Below are positions 5,939-13,140 of a DNA stretch of 13,140 nt, one piece after another (the stretch's first letter is position 1; each line of letters begins with the position of its first letter). The notes under the pieces were generated by a model, which searched no databases, was not told the DNA's origin, and saw nothing but the letters and a program-made list of their open reading frames with translations. Position numbers and translations under genes: made by a program. The stretch comes from Ignisphaera sp. (GTDB lineage Archaea; Thermoproteota; Thermoprotei_A; Sulfolobales; Ignisphaeraceae), in NCBI GenBank assembly GCA_038821645.1, contig JAWBDT010000026.1, forward strand, positions 1 through 13,140. Direction: 5' to 3'.

Positions 5939-8158
5939 ATGGATATAGATAAGTTATTGAAGGAACTAAGTATTGAAGAAAAGATCAGACTTATTGTTGG
6001 TGCAGGCTTTTTTACAACAAAAATTCCTGGAGTAGCTGGAGAAACTAGAGCTATTGATCGTTTAGGTATACCTTCGATAACTCTTAGCGATGGACCAGCA
6101 GGTATTAGGATACATCCAATTAGGTTTGGAGATAAATCTACATACTATACAACAGCTTTCCCTAACGAGATAGCTTTAGCATCTACATGGAATCCAGAGA
6201 TTGTAGAGAAAGTCGGTAAAGCCATAGGTGCTGAAGCTAGAGAATACGGCATTGATGTTTTACTTGCACCAGGTATAAATATACATAGAGTACCTCTATG
6301 TGGAAGAAATTTTGAGTACTTTTCTGAAGATCCACTACTTACAGCTATATTAGCTGCATCTTACGTCAAAGGCGTTCAATCCGAAGGTGTGGGAGCAACA
6401 TTAAAACATTTTATAGCTAATGAGCAAGAAACAGGCCGTATGAGTATAGATGTGATGGTTTCTGAAAGAGCACTTAGAGAGATATATCTAAGAGCTTTTG
6501 AGATAGCCATCGAGCTTTCTAAGCCATGGGCAGTTATGGCAGCGTATAACAAGATCTATGGAAAGTATTGTACACAAAATTCATGGCTTTTGACTAATGT
6601 ACTTAGAGAGGATTGGAGATACAATGGATTGGTGATGACTGATTGGTGGGCAGGTGATAATCCTGTTGAACAAATCAAAGCTGGTATAGATCTGATTATG
6701 CCTGGCGATGATAGAGTTGTTCAAATACTTTTAGAAGCGTATAGGAAAGGAGAGTTAGATGAAGAAACAATAGATGCTAGAGCTAGAAGGGTTCTAGAGC
6801 TTATATCAAAATCTCTAAAATGGAAGGGATATAAACCATCCAATAACCCTAATCTCGAAGAAAATGCTAAAATAGCTTATGAAGCTGCTGTAGATGGAGC
6901 AATACTTCTAAAGAACAATGGAGCTCTACCAATATCTCAAGAAAAAACTGTAGCAGTATTCGGTAAAGGCTCTTATCTAACCATCAAGGGTGGTCTGGGT
7001 AGCGGAAACACATACCCAAGATATGTTGTATCTATAGTTGATGGGCTTAAGGAGAGAGGGATCAAGATAAACAATGAACTAGATAAAATCTATGGAGAGA
7101 CTATGGTGCCACTATGGTTTGATCAAGATGCAGTAACCTGGTATAGAAACATGAGAGAATATGTGTTTAAGGAAGGTGATACACGTCTAATTTCATGGCT
7201 AGTTATAGAATTTACTGAAAGCATATTGTCTCGTCTTATGGCTCTAACTATCTCGGAAGACTTTATTGATGAAGAAACTCTAGACCGTATTGCGAAAGAA
7301 AGTGATATAGCTTTAATAACTATCTCAAGAATTTCTAGTGAAGGATACGATAGGAAGGCTGTAAAAGGAGATTTCTATCTGAGAGATGACGAGTATAGAT
7401 TGATACAAAAGGTTTCTGAGAAATTCCATAGCTACGGCAAAAAGGTTGTTGTAGTACTCAATATACCTAGCCCTATAGAGATTATAAGCTGGAGAGATCT
7501 TGTAGACGCTATACTTGTTGTATGGTTATCGGGACAAGAAATTGGTAGAGCTGTTGCAGACATTATACTAGGTAGGGTTTCACCAAGCGGAAAACTGCCA
7601 ATCACATGGCCCAAACATTTATCAGAAATTCCAGCAATAAAGACATTTCCTGGAGAGCCTAAGGAAAACCCAAAAAGGATAGTATATGAGGAGGGTATAT
7701 ATGTTGGCTACAGATACTACGATACGTTTGGTATAGAGCCTGCATATGAATTTGGATATGGTCTTAGCTACACATTATTTGAATTCAGAGATCTTAGAGT
7801 ATATATGGATGATGATACTATTGTAGCAAAACTTAGGATCAAAAATATTGGAAATGCGATAGGTAAAGAAGTTGCACAACTATACATTAGAGCGCCTAGA
7901 GGTAAAATAGATAAACCGTATCAAGAACTTAAAGGATTCTATAAAACAAAACCATTGAAACCAGGAGAAGAAGAAGAGGTTGAGATAAAGGTACCGATAA
8001 AGTATCTAGCAAGTTATGATGGAAATAAATGGGTTATCGAGAGAGGAGAATACGAGATTAGAGTAGGTGCATCTTCTAGAGACATAAGGTTGAGAACATC
8101 AATTACTATTGAAAAAGATGTGTGTTTTGATAAACATTGGTATAGAGTTGAATGTTAA
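5939..8158 (+). CDS. Glycoside hydrolase family 3 beta-glucosidase (BglX/Thermotoga Bgl3B-like) with C-terminal FnIII-like domain
   Basis: 739 aa; DGPAGIR, GRNFEYFSEDP, KHF, nucleophile VMTDW (Asp codon 6641-6643), acid/base ISSEGYDR (Glu codon 7340-7342), YEFGYGLSYT, KEVAQLY, ELKGF and GEYEIRVGASSRDI. No signal peptide. Confidence 0.96.
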   Translation: MDIDKLLKELSIEEKIRLIVGAGFFTTKIPGVAGETRAIDRLGIPSITLSDGPAGIRIHPIRFGDKSTYYTTAFPNEIALASTWNPEIVEKVGKAIGAEAREYGIDVLLAPGINIHRVPLCGRNFEYFSEDPLLTAILAASYVKGVQSEGVGATLKHFIANEQETGRMSIDVMVSERALREIYLRAFEIAIELSKPWAVMAAYNKIYGKYCTQNSWLLTNVLREDWRYNGLVMTDWWAGDNPVEQIKAGIDLIMPGDDRVVQILLEAYRKGELDEETIDARARRVLELISKSLKWKGYKPSNNPNLEENAKIAYEAAVDGAILLKNNGALPISQEKTVAVFGKGSYLTIKGGLGSGNTYPRYVVSIVDGLKERGIKINNELDKIYGETMVPLWFDQDAVTWYRNMREYVFKEGDTRLISWLVIEFTESILSRLMALTISEDFIDEETLDRIAKESDIALITISRISSEGYDRKAVKGDFYLRDDEYRLIQKVSEKFHSYGKKVVVVLNIPSPIEIISWRDLVDAILVVWLSGQEIGRAVADIILGRVSPSGKLPITWPKHLSEIPAIKTFPGEPKENPKRIVYEEGIYVGYRYYDTFGIEPAYEFGYGLSYTLFEFRDLRVYMDDDTIVAKLRIKNIGNAIGKEVAQLYIRAPRGKIDKPYQELKGFYKTKPLKPGEEEEVEIKVPIKYLASYDGNKWVIERGEYEIRVGASSRDIRLRTSITIEKDVCFDKHWYRVEC

Positions 8159-8405
8159 TACTACCACACTATAACCTTACCTACGATACCATGGAGATAA
8201 CCATAGCCTAGACCGTGAAGCTCTAGAGAACAGTTATCTAGACTAGTCTAAACAAAGATAATTAGTTGATTAATGATAGCTAGAGGTATGTTGGAAGGTA
8301 AATATCATTTACTGGTTTCCTTAGTTAAACTTTTATACCGTATATTATAGTATGCTAATAGGATACGATGTGGCTAAAAAATATGATTGTATAGAGGCTA
8401 AATCT

Positions 8406-10853
8406 ATGTATGGGTATTTTGATGATAAATCACGTGAGTATGTAATAGTAAGACCTGATACCCCTACGCCATGGATAAACTATATAGGTCAGGAAGAATA
8501 CTTCGGATTAATCTCGAATACAGCTGGAGGTTACAGTTTCTATAGAGATCCTAGGTATAGACGTATCACACGCTATAGGTATCACGGAATTCCGGCAGAT
8601 CAACCAGGTAGATATATATACATAAGGGATTCTGAAACAAGTGAGTACTGGTCTCCTACATGGCAACCTGTAAAGAAGCCTCTTGACTTCTATGAATGTA
8701 GACACGGTCTAGGATACACAAAGATAAAGTCGAGGTACAAGGGTATAGCAACAGAGATAACATATTTTGTTCCACTAGGCCAGACATTTGAAGTTTGGAG
8801 ATTGAAGATAAAGAACGAGAAAGATAAGGTATCGAATCTAGATATATTCTCGTATATAGAGTTCTGTTTCTGGGATGCTCTAGACGATATGACAAATTTC
8901 CAGAGAAATCTCAATATAGGAGAGGTCGAGGTTGAAGATAGTGTAATATATCATAAGACTGGGTATAGAGAGAGAAGAAACCATTTTGCCTTCTTTGCAT
9001 GTTCAGAACCTATAGTTGGTTTCGATACAGTAAGAGAAGAATTCATAGGTATGTATAGAGGTCTAGAGAACCCTATAGTTGTTGAAGAAGGGGTTTCAAG
9101 AAATTCTGTAGCATATGGAGGTTCTGTTATAGGTTCACATCACATCAAGTTGTCTCTTAAGCCTGGAGAAGAGCGCGAAATAATCTTCATACTAGGTTAT
9201 GCAGAAAATCCTGTGGAGGAGAAATTTGAAGCTCCTAACGTTATAAACAAGAAGCATGTTAAAGAATTACTGAGAGAATATATGAATCCTAGTAAACTTG
9301 ATGAAGCTTTTCAAGAACTTAAGAAGTACTGGGACAACTTATTATCAGTAATACAAGTTGAGACACCTGATGAAGACGTTAACCGGATCATCAATATATG
9401 GAATCAGTATCAAATATTTGTGACATTCAATTTAGCTAGAAGTGCTTCATATTATGAATCCGGTATAGCTAGAGGAATAGGGTTTAGAGACTCTAATCAA
9501 GACATACTTGGAGCAGTCCATATGTTTCCCGAAAGAGTTCGGCAAAGAATACTCGATCTAGCATCAATACAATTACCAGATGGAAGTACATATCATCAGT
9601 ATCAACCAATAACAAAAAGAGGCAACAAAGAAATTGGTGGTGGATTCAATGACGACCCTCTATGGCTCATAATTTCTACAACTGCATATATCAAGGAAAC
9701 AGGCGACTATTCAATACTATACGAAATGGTTCCATATGATAGTACTCCTGGAACAGAAACATCTCTATACGATCATCTCAAAAAATCTATAGAATACATT
9801 GTAAATAATCTAGGACCACACAAATTACCACTAATAGGTCATGCTGATTGGAATGACTGTCTAAACTTTAACGTACTATCAATGAATCCTGATGAATCTT
9901 TTCAGACAGCACCAGATAGAACTGATGGAAAGACAGCTGAATCAGTCTTCATAGCATGTCAATTTGTTTTAGCAGCTAAAGAACTTGCAGAAATAGCTGA
10001 ACACATAGGTCGTAAAGATGATGCTGAATACTTCCGTAAACTAGCGCAAGATATGGCTAGTAGGGTTCTTGAACATGGATGGGATGGTGAATGGTTCTTA
10101 AGAGCATATGATGCGTTTGGTAACAAGGTAGGATCTAAAGATAATGAAGAAGGTAAGATATTCATTGAACCTCAAGGAATGTGTATTATGGCTGGTATAG
10201 GGTTAGATGATGGTAAAGCTATAAAAGCTTTGGATTCAGTAAAGAAGTATTTAGCAACACCTCACGGCATAATACTTCATTGGCCTCCATATACAAAATA
10301 CTATGTGAATTTAGGTGAGATTTCTAGTTATCCACCAGGGCATAAAGAAAACGCAAGTATATTCTGTCACCCTAATTCATGGATAATTATAGCTGAAGCT
10401 ATCGTTGGTCGAGGAGATAATGCATTTGATTACTACAAAAAGTTGAATCCATCAGCAAGACACTCTATAGTTCATATACATAAAGCAGAACCATATGTTT
10501 ATGCACAAACAATAGCAGGACCGGCATCAAAATATTTCGGTATGGCTAGAAACTCATGGCTTACGGGAACAGCTTCATGGATGTTTGTAGCTCTAACACA
10601 ATGGATATTAGGCGTAAGACCAACATATGATGGTCTTATAATAGACCCATGTATACCGAGGAATTGGAGCTACTTCAAAATGATAAGAAAGTTTAGAGGA
10701 GCCACCTATGTGATAGAGGTTAAAAATGAAGAACATGTAAAGCGTGGAGTAAAACAGATATATGTTGATGGCAAACCGATCGAAGGAAATAAGATTCCGA
10801 TATTTAACGATAATAAGGTACACAATGTTTTAGTGATCATGGGAAACAAATAG
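8406..10853 (+). CDS. cbpA: GH94 glycoside phosphorylase, cellobiose phosphorylase-like
   Basis: [57 protein letters not shown] (catalytic Asp codon 9855-9857), [19 protein letters not shown] and [11 protein letters not shown] 8406 is preferred over 8352 because of a GAGG RBS at 8394-8397, a TATA-like TTTTATAC at 8331-8338 and the homolog-type N-terminus. Confidence 0.93.
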   Translation: MYGYFDDKSREYVIVRPDTPTPWINYIGQEEYFGLISNTAGGYSFYRDPRYRRITRYRYHGIPADQPGRYIYIRDSETSEYWSPTWQPVKKPLDFYECRHGLGYTKIKSRYKGIATEITYFVPLGQTFEVWRLKIKNEKDKVSNLDIFSYIEFCFWDALDDMTNFQRNLNIGEVEVEDSVIYHKTGYRERRNHFAFFACSEPIVGFDTVREEFIGMYRGLENPIVVEEGVSRNSVAYGGSVIGSHHIKLSLKPGEEREIIFILGYAENPVEEKFEAPNVINKKHVKELLREYMNPSKLDEAFQELKKYWDNLLSVIQVETPDEDVNRIINIWNQYQIFVTFNLARSASYYESGIARGIGFRDSNQDILGAVHMFPERVRQRILDLASIQLPDGSTYHQYQPITKRGNKEIGGGFNDDPLWLIISTTAYIKETGDYSILYEMVPYDSTPGTETSLYDHLKKSIEYIVNNLGPHKLPLIGHADWNDCLNFNVLSMNPDESFQTAPDRTDGKTAESVFIACQFVLAAKELAEIAEHIGRKDDAEYFRKLAQDMASRVLEHGWDGEWFLRAYDAFGNKVGSKDNEEGKIFIEPQGMCIMAGIGLDDGKAIKALDSVKKYLATPHGIILHWPPYTKYYVNLGEISSYPPGHKENASIFCHPNSWIIIAEAIVGRGDNAFDYYKKLNPSARHSIVHIHKAEPYVYAQTIAGPASKYFGMARNSWLTGTASWMFVALTQWILGVRPTYDGLIIDPCIPRNWSYFKMIRKFRGATYVIEVKNEEHVKRGVKQIYVDGKPIEGNKIPIFNDNKVHNVLVIMGNK

Positions 10854-10858
10854 ATCTT

Positions 10859-11086
10859 AATGTTGTGGTGGTAGGTGCTAAGGGAGAAGCCCAGGTTACA
10901 ATACCAAAGATAATCAAAAATACCTAAATAAACCAAAATAACAATAGGGGTAACCACTAAGGATTTTAGTAAGATAGTGGAACCTTAATGTTGTAAATTG
11001 TTGTAGAACCAGACATTATGAAGCTCTATAAAAAATATCAGTTGGAGCATTTCAGCTAGGAGGTTAATAACTTGTTCAAGAAATAG
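10859..11086 (+). pseudogene. Eroded AbrB/MazE/SpoVT-family DNA-binding (antitoxin-like) gene remnant
   Basis: Frame from 10859 reads NVVVVGAKGEAQVTIPKIIKNT*, resembling the AbrB hallmark Vx.KGQVTIPKxIR. An adjacent frame gives G*PLRILVR, then the first frame resumes DSGTLML*IVVEPDIMKLYKKYQLEHFS*EVNNLFKK*. Multiple stops and frameshifts. Confidence 0.55.
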
Positions 11087-11186
11087 CTCAATTTATCATC
11101 TATTCAATACATAGGTAGCTCAACATCTTATTAACATCTCTAACCAAAATATGAATAGCCATAAACCATGTTTTAGAGGTGATCTG

Positions 11187-11948
11187 ATGAGTAGCATATT
11201 GTTAAACAAGATATCGAAAGGAAAAACTGTTTTTGGTACATGGATCACAATGGCTTATCCAGAAATTGTTGAAGCTCTTTCACTACTACCTTTTGACTGG
11301 TTTGTTTTTGATATGGAACATGCACCTCTAGATGTTAGAGATGTTGAATTTCTTTTAATGGCTATAAAGAGAAACGATATTGTTCCTATAGTGAGAGTTC
11401 CGTGGAACGATTTCGTTATAGTTAAACGAGTTCTGGACATAGGTTCTAAAGGTGTTCTTTTTCCACAAATAAGCTCTAAAGAAGAAGTAGAACTAGCTAT
11501 AAGATCTATTAGATATCCTCCCAAAGGTATTAGAGGGGTAGGTCCTAGAAGATGTATTATGTATGGACTTGAAGATGTTAAAGAGTACTTTAGAAAGGCT
11601 AATGACGATATAATCGTTATAGTACAGATAGAAACACTTAGTGCCATCAACAATCTTGAACAAATAGTCTCACTAGAAGGCATTCATGGTGTTTTTGTTG
11701 GACCATACGATCTTTCTGCACAATTAGGGATATTCGGCGAATTCTCTAATCCTAAATACATAGAGACTATAAAGAGAATAGCTGAAACAGCTAAACGATA
11801 CAATAAGATGGCAGGCATACATACGTTTAGTGCAGAAGATGCTCTAGAGAAAATAGATATGGGCTTCAACTTCATAGCTATATCAAGTGACATAGGATTC
11901 ACTATAGGAGGAGCAAAGATGTTTCTCAAAGAACTCAACATACTATAG
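11187..11948 (+). CDS. HpcH/HpaI class II pyruvate aldolase family (2-keto-3-deoxy sugar-acid / 4-hydroxy-2-oxoheptanedioate aldolase-like)
   Basis: FDWFVFDMEHAP, PIVRVP, RYPPKGIRGVG, VQIET and FVGPYDLS motifs. ATG 11187 is preferred over 11151 because a GAGGTGA RBS lies at 11176-11182. Confidence 0.92.
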   Translation: MSSILLNKISKGKTVFGTWITMAYPEIVEALSLLPFDWFVFDMEHAPLDVRDVEFLLMAIKRNDIVPIVRVPWNDFVIVKRVLDIGSKGVLFPQISSKEEVELAIRSIRYPPKGIRGVGPRRCIMYGLEDVKEYFRKANDDIIVIVQIETLSAINNLEQIVSLEGIHGVFVGPYDLSAQLGIFGEFSNPKYIETIKRIAETAKRYNKMAGIHTFSAEDALEKIDMGFNFIAISSDIGFTIGGAKMFLKELNIL

Positions 11949-12145
11949 TTACTTTACCTAAGATTATTACCATTATACACATCTTAACACTATTTATGCT
12001 TTAGATACTGATCCCATATTTAATATTTGAATCAATACAAAATAGTCCTTATGTTTAGATATACAAAAATATCGAAAAATGATTTTCTTATAAATTTATT
12101 TTGTGATAAAGAGTTGTTATTGTCTAATATATAGAGGTATTTTGC

Positions 12146-13140
12146 ATGTCTATATCTCATGACGAAATATTCAATTATGTAAAGATTTTAAGTGAAGCTG
12201 TCGGCCCTTCAGGACGTGAATATGATGTAAGAAGAATAGTTATTGATATGATTAAAGATTTTGCGGATAAAGTTTGGATAGACTCTATAGGTAATCTAAT
12301 TGCTGTTAAAAAAGGTAATTCAAGTGGTTCGAAACTCATGGTGACTGCCCATATGGATGAAATTGGAATGTTTGTAACACATATAGAAGATAGTGGATTT
12401 CTGCGTGTTCAACCTATAGGTGGTGTATCAGAAAGAGCACTAGTCTTTCAGAGGGTTGTAGTTAAAACTAAGAATGGAAAAACGTATAGAGGTGTTGTAG
12501 GACTAAAGCCTCCTCACACCATTAAACCAGAAGAAGCAAGACAGATACCAGAGATTAGAGAACTATTCATTGATGTTGGTGCATCCTCTAGAGATGAAGT
12601 AAAGAATATGGGTATCGATATAGGTGATATAGTGACACTTGATAGAGACGTTATTAAGATAGGTAGCAATCGTATAACAGGTAAAGCTTTTGATGATAGG
12701 GTAGGTATGGTTGTAGCAATTAAAGCATTTCAATCTATAGAGAACAGTAATATTGATGTATATCTCGTACTGACAGTACAAGAAGAAGTTGGTTTAAAAG
12801 GTGCTCGAATAGCTGCTTTTGCTATAGATCCTCATATAGCTTTAGCTATAGATACAACAGTTGCGAACGATGTTCCTGGGGTTCCTCCAAATGAATGGTG
12901 TACTGCTCTAGGAAAAGGACCCGCTATAAAGGTGGCTGATGGTAGAAGTGCCTCAGGTATAATAGTTCACAAAGAAATAGTGGATAAACTTATAGAAGTA
13001 GCAAGTACGTTAAACATACCTTACCAATTAGAGATTTTAGCGGGAGGAACCACAGACGCATCTATTATTCAGTTGAATAGAGAAGGAGTACCTACAGGAG
13101 TTGTATCGATACCTACAAGATATCTACATTCATCAGTTGA
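12146..13140 (+). CDS. M42 family (TET) metallo-aminopeptidase; 3' end lies beyond the window's right edge
   Basis: Not in the ORF track; translated manually from ATG 12146 with a GAGGT RBS at 12134-12138: MSISHDEIFNYVKILSEAVGPSGRE...AHMDEIG...GKAFDDRVG...TVQEEVGLKGA...ALAIDTT...GGTTDA...SIPTRYLHS. The M42 metal-ligand and catalytic motifs are present. Confidence 0.95.
   Translation, partial: MSISHDEIFNYVKILSEAVGPSGREYDVRRIVIDMIKDFADKVWIDSIGNLIAVKKGNSSGSKLMVTAHMDEIGMFVTHIEDSGFLRVQPIGGVSERALVFQRVVVKTKNGKTYRGVVGLKPPHTIKPEEARQIPEIRELFIDVGASSRDEVKNMGIDIGDIVTLDRDVIKIGSNRITGKAFDDRVGMVVAIKAFQSIENSNIDVYLVLTVQEEVGLKGARIAAFAIDPHIALAIDTTVANDVPGVPPNEWCTALGKGPAIKVADGRSASGIIVHKEIVDKLIEVASTLNIPYQLEILAGGTTDASIIQLNREGVPTGVVSIPTRYLHSSV

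Noticed and set aside
8159-8351. Palindrome TAGACTAGTCTA (8239-8250) and a possible sRNA or gene remnant in the GH3-GH94 spacer
   Set aside because: CTAG/TCTAGA words are frequent throughout this DNA; no C/D box pair or recognisable translation found, and no matching motif upstream of GH3.
8352-8405. Longer N-termini proposed by the ORF track for GH94 (8352) and, similarly, the aldolase (11151)
   Set aside because: The downstream ATGs have RBS motifs and match family N-termini; the extensions are not homolog-like.
2564-11148. Recurrent TAACCA(A/T)A word in several spacers
   Set aside because: Short and AT-rich, with inconsistent position and orientation relative to starts; cannot be distinguished from chance without statistics.
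7432-12781. Short minus-strand ORFs within or overlapping GH3, GH94, the aldolase and the M42 gene (including 10706-10957 and 12563-12781)
   Set aside because: Antisense shadows of strongly supported genes.
12146-13140. M42 gene as an endoglucanase (CelM/FrvX-type label) completing a cellulose cluster
   Set aside because: M42 proteins once labelled cellulases have been shown to be aminopeptidases, and the peptidase motifs are intact here.

Overview
AT-rich archaeal-type DNA. GAGGTGA/AGGTGG ribosome-binding sites, TTTAWAWA-like boxes and AGA/ATA/CTA-rich codons suggest a thermophilic crenarchaeon, possibly Desulfurococcales/Ignisphaera-like (inference). In order: a 5' part of a family-5 ABC substrate-binding protein gene (minus strand, runs off the left edge); an overlapping HEPN + minimal nucleotidyltransferase (MNT) toxin-antitoxin-type pair; a palindrome-rich 730-bp spacer with a possible eroded second MNT gene; a pyrimidine-dimer DNA glycosylase gene preceded by a 17-bp direct repeat; a ferritin-like protein with an unusual HGTPGG C-terminus; a divergent MFS transporter; a frameshifted 4-oxalocrotonate tautomerase pseudogene; a GH3 beta-glucosidase; a GH94 cellobiose-phosphorylase-like gene; an eroded AbrB/MazE-like remnant; an HpcH/HpaI aldolase; and an M42 (TET) aminopeptidase running off the right edge. 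No rRNA, tRNA, CRISPR array or transposase is evident. The main points of interest are the bacterial-like hydrolytic plus phosphorolytic beta-glucoside gene pair in an archaeon, several gene fossils in the spacers that the ORF track misses, and the ferritin-like protein's atypical metal site and diglycine tail. All family assignments rest on motif recognition and recalled homolog sequences, not database searches.
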